This document shows, in pieces, positions 37,601 through 50,200 of a stretch of DNA of 64,000 bases. This DNA comes from Okamejei kenojei (taxonomy: Eukaryota), in contig CM069154.1 in assembly GCA_035221665.1 (NCBI GenBank), positions 6,014,001-6,078,000 of the forward strand, in the 5' to 3' direction. How positions within the stretch are numbered: the stretch's first letter is position 1; each line of letters starts with the position of its first letter. The position numbers and the translations under genes are program-made. Below the pieces are notes generated by a model. That model was not told the origin of the DNA. It saw only the letters and a program-made list of their open reading frames with translations, and did not search any database.

Positions 37601-39238
37601 GTGTTTAGTCTTAACAGTTCAGCATGGCCTGCTGTTCTCTCTTTTTGTGAGAGTATGAACTTCCTGCTAGGCGTATGCTGAACTGGGACGGTAGTTTGTA
37701 TACAAATTCAATTTTGTAATTCTGAATACTTCCGAGTATGTAAAAGTTCAGAGGTAAAAGTGCAGCACACATGATGAAACAAGTGCAACCGTCCCCCAAC
37801 TTTTAATGAATCGGACATGCAATTTTTTTTAAAGACAACCAACCCACCTACCTCCATGGTTACCGGTGTTGTGTGGGTTGTCTCCGCAGTTGTTTCTTCT
37901 GGTATTGTGTTGCTGCGTTGTGGGGTTTGGCGCGTTTGCCAAGAAGGCCGGGCTGGGCCATGGTCTGAAAGACCGCTGTGCAGGTGGGCCGGCCTTCGAG
38001 CTTTCACCACCAGATGTCTTCCATAGCACCGATGTCTGGTGGGTGTGTAGGGGTGCTGCCGCTGTTGATAGTGGGTTTTAGAGGTGCTTGGCACCTTGAT
38101 CAGGCCTATAGCCTTGGCTTCCTCATGCAGGTCTTTCACCTGCTTCGGGAGGTCCCCCAACAGCAATTTTGGCGCCTGTGTGCTACTTGTCTTGCATAAT
38201 TCCGCACTTCTTGATGATGCTCTTCCTGTAACTGTAAATCTCCACTGAGTATTACACAGTCTGCTAGAGCATCACGTAACTCTTCAGGCAAATCAACCCC
38301 ATCAGTTGTCCTGGTACTGCTGTGATTTAGCAGCCAGCAGTTTCCTCTGGAGCTTCACCTCCTGGCTCCTTATAGATGGGCTCCTGTTGCCCCAGATGGG
38401 GTCATAGACTGCTGGTACTTTAAGAGAAATGGAGTTCTCTGGAGCAATGTGCTTCCCAGCCATAAAGTTAATGGCTTGCTCCTGTAGCTGGTTTGTAGCC
38501 ATGTATTTTTTACTGGCTTGCAGCTTTGTATAGGCAGTCCTTCTTGAGTTGATACAGCATGTGTCCCACAATCTTCTGCTGCTCTCTCTTCTGGCACCCC
38601 TCACAGTTGACTGTTCAGCCGTTGCCCCTTCTTCAGGGTCCAGCCCAGCTCTGACCCCTAATGCTCCCCTGCGAAGAGGGTGAGACATTTGGCAGTCCTT
38701 GAAAGGATCCTGCCGTGGGTCTGCGAAGAGACCCACTGTGACTCTGCCCCTGCATAAACAGGTCACGCTGGAGCACTGCTCCCCACCCGCTCCCGCGGGA
38801 AAGACGCCCGCCGTCGCTATCTGTGAACAGGGTGTCTTCAGGTCCGGACCCAGCCGAGTCACGGACCTGTCCGACTTCCGGGTGGTTTTGCCGCCGACCG
38901 CGGCGCACCTGCGGTCTGTAGCGGCGAGAAGCCGGGAGCTGCTGGCAGCACCTGCAGCTCTGGAGAGACGGCACGCTGCTGGCTGCTTCCACAGCAGCAG
39001 TATCAGCTGCTGCTCTCCCCTGCGCGACTCCATGGTGCTTCCTCCGTTCTGCAAAAGAAACACACCGAGTCGCCACGCTCACCAGAAAAGGTAAGACTTA
39101 CCTTCAGTAATTTTTCAAAATTCGCGCTGGAGGAGCGGTGCTCCTCCCGACTGTCGCTTCCGCAATGCGTTCGACGATATGGCGCGCATGCGTGCTGGCG
39201 GGTCTTCACGTAGTCACTCACGTGACTCCGAAGTAAAA
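34632..39238 (-). mobile_element. DIRS1-like tyrosine-recombinase retrotransposon, full-length structure with degenerate ORFs
   Basis: Left terminus 34631-34708 is complementary to 34851-34928; right terminus 39204-39238 is complementary to 34927-34962 (ICR); imperfect ITRs. Remnants of gag, RT (MAYLDDIL, YLGFTIDSV), RNase H (INYLEMLGA), MT (TPDIDLF) and YR (SYRESTRRQY, HSNRAASTS). The empty site is seen near 13090. Confidence 0.9.
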
Positions 39239-39304
39239 TCACCCTTAACACACACAACCTGACAAAAACTCGTGATAACATCTACATAGATATTTGGTTT
39301 GTCT

Positions 39305-39340
39305 TCAGGATATTAAAACGTGCACGGTTTTTGTTTCTAT
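39305..39340 (-). pseudogene. Pseudogene D: candidate short cytoplasmic/terminal exon IETKTVHVLIS*
   Basis: Acceptor ccctgtccgtag, phase 0 matching the TM exon; AATAAA at 34552-34557 lies beyond the DIRS insertion. The acceptor is mutated in B. Confidence 0.35.
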
Positions 39341-39725
39341 CTACGGACAGGGTATTTGAAAGCATTAATGGAAACCGTTTGGAAACATTTGGGGGAAGAG
39401 AAGTGATTGCTTTGGCCAGAGGGTGGTGAATCTATGGATTTCATTGCCAAAGGAATCTGTGAAGGCCAAGTCAATTCACACCGGAGATGCTGCCTGTCCC
39501 ACTGAGTTACTCCAGCATTTTTCTATCTATCTAAATCAACTGATATTTTTAAGGCGGAGATTTTCATATTCTTCATAAATAAGGATGTCAATGGTTATGG
39601 GGAGAAGGCAGGAGAATGGGATCGAGAGGGAAGGATAGATCAGCCGTGATTAGGGGCGGCTTAGATATGATGGGCTGAATGGCCAAATTCGTCTATAATT
39701 TATGAACGATGACAATAAAACCTAC

Positions 39726-39816
39726 CTTAGAGCCTCTTGTGAACACCGCAGTTGAGATACTCCAGATCACAAGCAGGAGAAAGAGCAGCCAGCGCCCCAC
39801 TCTCCATGAGATGTAA
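39726..39816 (-). pseudogene. Pseudogene D: transmembrane exon YISWRVGRWLLFLLLVIWSISTAVFTRGSK (open)
   Basis: Same splice sites and length as the gene B TM exon. Confidence 0.75.
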
Positions 39817-41313
39817 CTGGGCAAAGGCTAAGAGTACAGAATCAATGGGAGGAAACGAGACAGTTAATCTTTGAAGCATTTACCTGTTATTTGCTTCATA
39901 ATCTTGGTGAAGTGGAGCCGGGCGAAGCAGCAGGGTCAATGGAGATCATCTTGGTAAAATAACGGGTGTTGGACTGGGAGGGGTGGTGGAGGGGACATAT
40001 GATCCCCAATTATTGACCTCATAGCTGGGGCATGGCTACAAGACTGGGAATGAGAGACTATGCGGTTAAATGGATTCGGAACAGAGAAATAAGTGAGACA
40101 GGGCAGTGAATACAAAGTAGATAGACACTAAATGTTGGAGAAAGCGGGAGAGGCAGCATCTCTGGAGAGAAGGAATGCGTGACGTTTTGGTCAAGACCCT
40201 TCTTCAGACTGGGAGTCACGGGAGAGGGAAACTAGGGATGTGGGAAGGATATAAAGAACAGTATAATACCCTGGAAGAAAGAAAATGCAGCTGCAAGGAA
40301 GATTATAATAACATCCATATTGATGGACAGGAATAATAAAAAGGGATCGATTCTAATGGTGGAAGGGAGATGGGGCAATAAATATGGAAATAGATGAGGC
40401 CAGTAAATAAAATAAATTAAAAATTATAATGCTTAATCTCACACACTCGATATTACTTTAATTCACGCGGTAGGTGTATGGAGGGAGGAAAATGTGTTCG
40501 AAAAGTCGGTTAAAGTTTCGCTCATTACGGCGTCCCTTTTATTAACTTTCTTATTTCTGAAATCAAGCATAGCACAAGAGAGTGATAGAAAACCAGATCT
40601 ATATCGATTGTAATAAGATAAATGACAAAATATTCCCACTTTCACGACTATATTGTGATGGAATATTCAGAGATTTTTTTTATGGTCTCAAGTTTCATTG
40701 TGCAAGTTAACTCTGTTCGGTGTATTCGGTTTGATTACACATGGTGAAGTGAAGGAGCAGGATGTTCCAAGGGTATCAAAAAATATTTTTAAACCCTGGT
40801 AAATGGGATTAGTATCGATGGCACTGAATGGCCAACATTAACACAGTGGACCAAATCTGACACCGTCGTCTAGGTGTTAACTGTGGCCACATTTAGTGAT
40901 AATTTCTGATCCCTTATCATATCTGTGTCGGTCATATGGAGATGGTGGTGGGAAAGTGAAAGTGCTTGGACTGATGTCATTGCAAACCTGGTTTAAAGCT
41001 GTGTAAACACAAGCGGCAATTCTATGCAGTAAGCTGGCCTCCACCAGCACTGGGTAATATATTGCTGGGGCCCAACAACCATGTATTGACAAATGGTCCA
41101 TAATTCCATCATATTAATCTTGATAAGTTAATTGAATAACGTGCATGGATTTCAGGGTGATAGAGGTTATGGGGAGAAGGCAGGAGAATGCGGTGAAGAG
41201 GCGAAGATAGATCAGCCATGATTGAATGGTCTCTATTTGTGCTTCTATCACATGATCTTGTGAACCACCCCACCCCCACTTCCCTTCTTCTCCTCATTCC
41301 CACCACTACTTAC

Positions 41314-41574
41314 CAGTGCCGTTGATTTTCATTAGAAAACTGCAGGGCACGTCATTGCTGGAGATTGACACGTTGACCATTTCACTAGATTTTGATCCAC
41401 GTTGGTTTGAGGCTGTGTCTGAGATGTTTGAATCCACAGATGGGGTATTTTCATACCAGCTGTAGTTAATCGGAAGGGATCCCCGGACCGACTCACAGGA
41501 CACTGTCACTTAGCCCCCGACACAGGGTTCATTGGCTGTTGACTGAAATCCAAGCACAGGAACAGACACGGGTT
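41314..41574 (-). pseudogene. Pseudogene D: C2-type Ig exon
   Basis: In-frame TAA after VGG and a 60-nt deletion removing LDLHC...YYC (261 vs 321 nt). Confidence 0.85.
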
Positions 41575-42160
41575 CTGTGGGAAAGGAGCAAACAGTCAGA
41601 CACTGGGTGAACATCTGAAAATCAAACACTCTCCAATATCCACCATCTCTGTACAACCAGAGCCGCCAGGTTGTAATCTGACCAATCCATCTATATAGAG
41701 TCATAGAGGCATACAGCACAGAAACAAGCCCTTCGGTCTAAATTGCCCGTTCTGACCTACACGACCAATCTACACTAGTTTCACCTGCAATTGCTTGGCC
41801 TTTAACCCTCGAAACTTATCCTATTCATGTACCTGTTCATTTTTTTTTCTTAAATGGTGCGATATTACCTGCCATAACTATTTCTGTCGGCTGTTTGTTT
41901 CATATACCTAACAACTTTTGTGTGAAAACATTACACCCCAGCTTCTTGTTAAATCATTCCCCCCCATCTTAAAACGATGTCGTCTGGTTCTCGATTCCCC
42001 TACTCTGGGCAAAAGACTCTGTGCATTTACTGGATCTATTCCTCGGATGATGTTGTACCTGCCATAAGATCATCCCTCATCCTCCTGCGATCCAAGAAAT
42101 AAAGACCAAGTCCGCTCAGCCCCTCCATGTAATCAGGCCCTGAAGTCATAGCAACTTTAG

Positions 42161-42420
42161 GAATTGCCAGCAGGAAACGGGAGCATCGTTTATGCAACAC
42201 CGCCAGATATTCAAAACAACAACGAAGCTGCCCATTTGTTGAATCAAAATCAAACTGTATACAGGAGTGCAATTGCGAAGGAAATCGACAGGGACACACT
42301 CCAGTACAAATAAGGACAATGTCTGCTACTCAGATGTTACATTTCAAAGTGACAGCCAAATTGCCCGTCAGAAAACTCTTTCTCCTCACAATCCATTAAC
42401 CAGATTTATACTTCTTCGTG
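42161..42420 (+). pseudogene. Antisense relic of an ITIM-type cytoplasmic exon (copy 2)
   Basis: ctttag|GAA start; ELPAGNGSIVYAT...EAAHLLNQNQTVY/(frameshift)GVQLRRKSTGTHSSTNKDNVCYSDV; shares TNKDNV with gene E. Confidence 0.65.
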
Positions 42421-42964
42421 TCTCTCCATCCTCCCAGCTGCCAGAACTACCATGTCTGTCACGGTACCAGTACACAGCAGCACCATCTGGCTTTGTTTTA
42501 CAATTCCAGCATCTGCAGTTAATCTTCTTTTAATCTGACACTCTGCCTCAATTGTATAATACCAACATTCAAACATCTCATTAGTGCAACAGTATCACTA
42601 TCACCAACTTTTTAATTTCCTTGCATAAAATTGTTGAGTGATACTGTTGCACTAATGAGGTGTGCGAATGGCGGTATTGTAGAATTGTGTGTAGGGAGCG
42701 AATGGGAAAGTGGAATAACTAGTGTGACCGGTGATCGCTCGTCGGTGAAGACTCGTTGGGCCGAAGGATCCGTTTCCATGTTGCATTTCTAAACTACAGC
42801 TAAATATCCCGGTGAACTTTTCCTGCAACCTCTCCAAACCTTTCACATCTTTTATTTTATAAAGCGGCGACCAGAACTGTGCACCAGACTCCCATATGTG
42901 ACCCAACAAATGTTTTATGCAGATGCCAAATTGGAGACATGAAGTCGCTCACTGAGTAACCTAC

Positions 42965-43274
42965 CTTCAGATACCTCGAGATGGACATTAAATGTTGGTT
43001 CGCCAGGTGTAGTAATTCCACGACTGTACCATCCTGTATCTCCAGAGTGAAGACCCTCCACAGTCCCAGTATTCCTCGTGCCGGGTTATCTATGATTGAC
43101 ACTCTTCCGCTCTGTCCATGTTTCCATTTGTTTGCACATTGTGCACATTGGCGACTTGTCCCATTGCACCAGTATTTGTGCGTGAGCGGCACACTGCTGC
43201 ATAGTGACAATCGATTGAGACCGCTCTTCCCACATCCACTTGCAGTGCACTCTCTGCCCACAGTGCGCCCGAAA
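42965..43274 (-). pseudogene. Pseudogene D: frameshifted V-domain exon
   Basis: VSGALWAESALQVDVGRAVSIDCHY.../KYWCNGTSRQC...GRVSIIDNPARGI; 310 nt with several indels; splice sites retained. Confidence 0.85.
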
Positions 43275-43299
43275 CTGAAGGAAACTCCTTTCATATATT

Positions 43300-44500
43300 G
43301 AAGGGCGAAATTAGCCTTTCAAAAACATATACATTATCGTATACACCACTGTGTACAGGGGAGTCCGCCCAATCATATCCCTAACTCTGTTGAATGCTAC
43401 CTAGATTGCGATGAGAGACAGATACTGTACACCGTCCCTCACCATCTGCACAGCAGTGACGTGCGGTGAGGTCAATGGCTGGGGAGGCACTGGCTAGTAT
43501 CAGACGCCCGGCCCTCCCTGTATTGATCACCGCGTCTCCCCGGGGAGGGAGAGAGGAGTGGAGCCGGGACTGTGTGCGTGAAGCACGCCGACTGGAGGTG
43601 CGGGAGCGTTGTCCCACAGTGCCGGCCTTAGCGGTGCGGGGCCCAATTGGGAACTATTTTGGTGAGCCCAAGGTACCCAGCCAAGGTCTGTAGAATCTTA
43701 GAAATACAAATAAAGTCTATTATAGACTTTATATCTCTATGGTAGAATGGAAAGTAATCAAAATGTGCGCTTAAAAAGTGTCTGCGACGTAATGGACCAA
43801 ACAGATCTAAGCTACAGTTTAATATAAAATTACATTGCCCCAGCGCGGGGCCCAATTAGGAGCTCTCAGCGGCCCAGAGCCTCCGAATCGGCCGCTACAA
43901 CTCAATGTATCAACCTACCAGTCAGCGCCGCCCGCAGCTGGAAAGTCAGCGCTCCCAGCGGTGGAATGCAGTACTGCGCCGCCGCTGTTGAAGCTCGCTA
44001 ACCAGGAGGGAGGGTGAGGTAGCGTTAATTACGTGGGCTGAGGCTCCGTAATTGACGCTCGCTCTTCCTCCACTGGGCTCAAGACACGCCCCCTTGTGAG
44101 GCAGATGTGATCGCTGCCTCCCCTGGTGCTTTTTGATTGCAGTTTTATGATGAGACCAGCGAGCACAAATGTAATATATTTATATGTGAAATACGTTACC
44201 TGGACTATGGAAGGTGAGGACATGTAATGGAAGGGTTTACACATATTACATTGGTGACATGCATGGAGATAGCAACAGGCACACTCTTATTGCCCGCGCT
44301 CCATTCAGTTTCTGCTGCATCTCCTCTCATCATTTCCTGTATTTGCAGCGGAGCTGCGCAAATTTGGCGATTTTTGCTATAAAAAATTATTCGATTCATA
44401 TTGAAATTACATTTATAACACAGATAAGTGGAAAAATCTTTATCTTTATTTTATTATTATTTTTCTTTACTTTTCTTAACAGCTATTTTCATTGGGAGTA
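43300..44500. mobile_element. Unclassified GC-rich insertion, probably DNA-transposon derived
   Basis: Replaces the intron seen upstream of the other V exons; CpG-rich, no recognisable ORF; second terminus not identified. Confidence 0.3.
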
Positions 44501-44629
44501 TGACAGGTGAGGCCCTGCCTCCCCTCCCTCTCCTAACGGCACGTCCCTGCTGCACAGGTCATTCCAAAGCTCTTTCAGCCAATATGGGTGTGAATGGTGA
44601 AGAATGATGCATTGAACACAGACCCCGTT

Positions 44630-45024
44630 TTCATAGAATCTTAGAATCATAGAAAATAGGTGCAAGAGTAGGCAATTCGGCCCATCCATCCTCCACCGCC
44701 ATTCAATATGATCATGGCTGATCATCCAACTCAGTATCCTGTACCTGCCTTCTCTCCATAACCCCTGATACCTTTAGCCACAAGGGCCACATCTAACTCC
44801 CTCTTAAATATAGCCAATGAACTGGCCTCAACTATCTTCTGTGTCAGAGAATTCCACAGACTCACCACTCTCTGTGTGAAAAATGATCTTCTCATCTCAA
44901 TCCTAAAAGACGTCCCCCTAATCCTTGAACTGTGACCCCTTGTTCTGGAGTTCTCCAGCATCGGGAACAATCTTCCTGCATCTAGCCTGTCCAAACCATT
45001 AAGAATTTTGTAAGTCCCTATAAG

Positions 45025-45058
<34 letters not shown>

Positions 45059-45796
45059 CAATCCCCTAAATTCAAGCGAGTACAAGCCAAGTCTATCCAC
45101 TCTTTCTTCATATGGAAGTCCTGTCATCCCAGGAATCAGTCTAGCGAACCTTCTCTGCACCTCAACTCTGGCAAGTTTTTTTTGCTCAAATTAGGAGACC
45201 AAAACTGTATGCAATACTCCAGGTGTGGCCTCACCAAGACCCTGTACAACGGCAGTAGTACCTCCCTGCTCTTGTACTCAAATCCTTTTGCTATGAATGC
45301 CAAAATACCATTCGCTTCCTTCACAACCTGCTGCACCTGCATGCCTCCTTTCAATGACTGGTGTACCATGACACCCAGGTCTCGTTGCATCTCCCCTTTC
45401 CCTAATCGGCCACCATTCAGATAATAATCTACCCTCCTGTTTTGCTGCCAAAGTGGATAACCTCACATTTATCCACATTATACTGCATCTGCCATGCATT
45501 TGCCTACTCACCCAACCTGTCCAACTCACCTTGCAGCCTCCTAGCATCCTCCTCAAAGCTAACACTGCCCCCCAGCTTCGTGTCATCCGCAAACTTGGAG
45601 ATGTTGCCTTCAATTCCCTCATCCAGATCATTAATATATATTATAAATAGCTGGGGTCCCAGCACTGAGCCTTGCGGTACCCCACTAGCCACTGCCTGCC
45701 ATTCTGAAAATGACCCGTTTACTCCTACTCTTTGCTTCCTGTCTGCCAGCCAGTTCTCTATCCACATCAATACTGAACCCCCAATACCGTGTGCTT
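44630..45796 (-). mobile_element. CR1 LINE 3' portion
   Basis: [14 protein letters not shown]...[11 protein letters not shown] motifs and the CR1 3' tail. Confidence 0.9.
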
Positions 45797-47200
45797 ACCC
45801 TCAATAACTTCTCGTTTGACTTGTCCCATTTCCTCCAAATACAAGGCGTAGCTATTGGCTCATGCATGGGCCCCAGCTATGCCTGTCTCTTTGCTGGGTA
45901 CATCGAACAATCCTTGTTTGAGGCATACCAGGGCCCCATCCCCGACCTCCACCTCCGTTACATCGACGATTGCTTTGGTGCTACCTCCTGCACCCACACA
46001 CAACTGACTGACTTCATCCGCTTCACCACTAAGTTCCATCTGGCACTCAAATACACCTGGACCATTTACGACACTTCCCTACCATTTCTTGACCTCAGTA
46101 TCTCCATCGCAGGTGATAGATTTCTAACGGACATCCACTACAAACCCATTGACTCGCATGGCTATCTAGACTACGCTTCTTCCCACCCTGCTTCCTGTAA
46201 GGACTCCATCCCCTATTCCCAATTTCTCCGTCTCCACCGCATCTGCTCCCAGGATGAGGTGTTCCACACCAGGGCATCGCAAATGTCCTTGTTCTTTGGG
46301 GAACGGGTGTTCCCCCCCCCCCCCCCCAACTATAGATGAGGCTCGCACCAGGGTCTCTTCAATACCCCGTCACACTGCCCTCTCTCCCTATACCCCCACT
46401 CGCAACAAGGGCAGAGTCTCCCTAGTCCTCACGTTCCACCGCACTAGCCATCACATACAGCAAATAGTCCTCCATCAGTTTCGCCACCTGCAACGTGACC
46501 CCACCACTCGCCACATCTTCCCATCACCCCCCTGTCTGCTTTCCACAAAGACCGCTCCCTCCGTAACTCCCTTGTCAATTCTTCCATTTCCTCCCGCACC
46601 ACCCCCTCTTTCCCTTGCAATCGCAAGAGATGCTACACTTGTCACTTTACCTCCCCCCTCGACTCCATTCAAGGACCCAAGCAGTTGTTACAGGTGCGAC
46701 AGAGGTTCACCTGCATCTGCTGCTCTAGATGTCAGCTGATCTAAATCGGTGAGACCAAGCGTCGGCGTGGCGATCATTTCGACGAACACCTCCGCTCAGT
46801 CCACATTAACCAAACTGACCTCCCGGTGGCTCAGCACTCCCCCTCCCATTCCGGATCTGACCTCTCTGTCCTGGGCCTCCTCCATGGCCAGAGTGAGCAA
46901 CACCAGAAATTGGAGGAACAGCACCTCATATTCCGCTTAGGCAGTCTGCATCCCGGTGGTCTGAACATTGAATTCTCCCAATTTCGTTAGCCCTTGCTGT
47001 CCCCTCCCCTTCCTAGCACTCCCTCGGGCTCCTCTTCCTCCTTTTTCCTTTCTACCCCCCCCCCCCCCCCCCATCAGTCTGAAGAAGGGTTTCGGCACGA
47101 AAAGTTGCCTATTTTCTTTACTCCATATATGCTGCTGCACCCGCTGAGTTTCTCCAGCACTTTTGTCTACCTTCGATTTTCCAGCATCAAAAGTTCCTTC
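45797..47200 (+). mobile_element. Penelope-like element (RT plus GIY-YIG remnants plus terminal repeat)
   Basis: [31 protein letters not shown]...LRYIDDCFG...LPFLDL...SIPYSQFLRL. Confidence 0.9.
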
Positions 47201-47204
47201 TTAA

Positions 47205-50200
47205 AAACGGGTGAAATTATCATTGGCACTAAGGAAGACACAAACAATCCGCCAGATGTACTGGAGGTCAGAGGATCTAAGGGGGTAGAGGAACCGAAAT
47301 AAACTTTCATTAGGCGAGAAATACTATTGGATAGGCTAATGGGACAGAAGGATAATAAATCCCCTGGGCCCGATGGTCTGCAGGGAGGGTCCTCAGGGAG
47401 GTGGTTCTAGAAATAGTGGACGCATTGGTGATAATTTTCCAATGTTCAATAGATTCAGGATCAGTTCTTGTGGATTGGAGGATAGCTAATATTATCCCAC
47501 TTTGCAAGTAAGGGGCGAGAGAGAAAACGGGGATTACAGACCAGTTAACCTGACTTCGGTGGTTGGAAAGATGCTGGAGTCAATTATTAAAGAGGTAATA
47601 ATGGAGCATTTGGATAGCAGTAAAAGTATTAGTCCAAGTCAACATAGAAACATAGAAACATAGAAATTAGGTGCAGGAGTAGGCCATTCAGCCCTTCGAG
47701 CCTGCACCGCCATTCAATATGATCATGGCTGATCATCCAACTCAGTAACCCGTACCTGCCTTCTCTCCATACCCTCTGATCCCCTTAGCCACAAGGGCCA
47801 CATCCAACTCACTCTTAAATATAGCCAATGAACTGGCCTCAACTACCCTCTGTGGCAGAGAGTTCCAGAGACTCACCACTCTCTGTGTGAAAAAAGTCTT
47901 TCTCATCTCGGTCTTAAAGGATTTCCCCCCCTTATCCTTAAGCTGTGACCCCTTGTCCTGGACTTCCCCAACATCGGGAACAATCTTCCTGCATCTAGCC
48001 TGTCCAACCCCTTAAAGAATTTTGAAAGTTTCTATAAGATCCCCTCTCAATCTCCTAAATTCCAGAGAGTACAAACCGAGTCTATCCAGTCTTTCTTCAT
48101 AAGACAGTCCTGACATCCCAGAATCAGTCTGGTGAACCTTCTCTGCACTCCCTCTATGGCAATAATGTCCTTCCTCAGATTTGGAGACCAAAACTGTACG
48201 CAATACTCCAGTGTGTGGTCTCACCAAGACCCTGTACAACTGAAGTAGAACCTCCCTGCTCCTGTACTCAAATCCTTTTGCTATGAAAGCTAACATACCA
48301 TTCGCTTTTTTTTCACTGCCTGCTGCACCTGCATGCCTACTTTCAATGACTGGTGTACCATGACACCCAGGTCTCGCTGCATCTCCCCTTTTCCTAATCG
48401 CCACCATTTAAATAATAGTCTGCTTCCTGTTTTTGCCACCAAAGTGGATAACCTCACATTTATCCACATTATACTGCATCTGCCAAACATTTGGCCCACT
48501 CACCCAGCCTATCCAAGTCACCTTGCAGTCTCCTAGCATCCTCCTCACAGCGAACACTGCCCCCCAGCTTAGTGTCATCCGCAAACTTGGAGATATTGCC
48601 TTCAATTCCCTCATCCAGATCATTAATATATATTGTAAACAGCTGGGGTCCCAGCACTGAGCCCTGCGGTACCCCACTAGTTTACTGCCTGCCATTGTGA
48701 AAAGGACCCGTTTACTCCTACTCTTTGCTTCCTGTTTGCCAGCCAGTTCTCAATCCACATCAATACTGAACCCCTAATAACCGTATGCTTTAAGTTTGTA
48801 TACTAATCTCTTATGTTGGGACCTTGTCGAAAGCCTTCTGGAAGTCCAGATATACAACATCCACTGGTTCTCCCTTATCCACGCTACTAGTTACATCCTC
48901 GAAAAATTCCACAAGATTCGTCAGACATGATTTACCTTTTGTAAATCCATGCTGACTTTGTCCAAAGATTTCACCACTTTCCAAATGTGCTGCTATCCCA
49001 TCTTTAATAACTGACTCTAGCAGTTTCCCCACTACCGATGTTAGACTAACTGGTCTGTAATTCCCCGTTTTCTCTCTCCCTCCCTTCTTAAAAAGATGGG
49101 TTACATTTGCTACCCCCGCCAATCCTCAGGAACTACTCCAGAATCTAAAGAGTTTTTGAAAGATTATCACTAATGCATCCACTATTTCCTGAGCTACTTC
49201 CTTAAGTACTCTGGGATGCAGCCTATCTGGCCCTGGGGATTTATCGGCCTTTAATCTTCAATTTACCCAACACCACTTCCCGACTGACCTGGATTTCACT
49301 CAATTCCTCCTTTGACCCACAGTTCCCTGCTATTTCCGGCAGATTATTTATGTCTTCCTTAGTGAAGACGGAACCAAAGTAGTTATTCAATTGGTCCGCC
49401 ATATCCTTGTTCCCCATGATCAACTCACCTGTTTCTGACTGCAAGGGACCTACATTTGTTTTAACTAACCTCTTTCTCTTCACATATCTATAAAAACTTT
49501 TGCAGTCAGTTTTTATGTTCCCTGCCAGTTTTCTTTCATAATCTATTTTTTCCTTTCCTAATTAAGCCCTTTGTCCTCCACTGCTGGTCTCTGAATTTCT
49601 CCCAGTCCTCTGGTATGCTGCTTTTTCTGGCTACTTTGTACGCATCATCCTTTGCTTTGATGCTATCCCTGATTTCCCTTGTTATCCACGGATGCACTAC
49701 CTTCCCCGATTTATTCTTTTGCCAAACTGGGATGAACAATTTTTGTAGTTCATCCATGCAGTCTTTAAATGTCTTCCATTGTATATCCACCGTCAACCCT
49801 TTTAGAATTAATTGCCAGTCAATCTTGGCCAATTCTCGTCTCATACCCTCAAAGTTACCTTTCTTTAAGTTCAGAACCATTGTTTCTGAATTAACAATGT
49901 CACTCTCCATCCTAATGAAGAACTCAACCATATTATGGTCACTCTTGCCCAAGGGTGGCACGTACAACAAGACGGCTAATTACCCCTTCCTCATTACTCA
50001 AAACCCAGTCTAAAATAGCCTGCTCTCTCGTTGGTTCCTCTACATGTTGATTTAGATAACTATCCCGCATACATTCCAAAAAAATCCTCTTTCTCAGCAC
50101 CCCTGCCAATTTGATTAACCCAATCTATATGTAGATTGAAGTCACCCATTATAACTGTTTTTGCCTTTGTCGCACGCATTTCTAATTTCCTGTTTGATAC

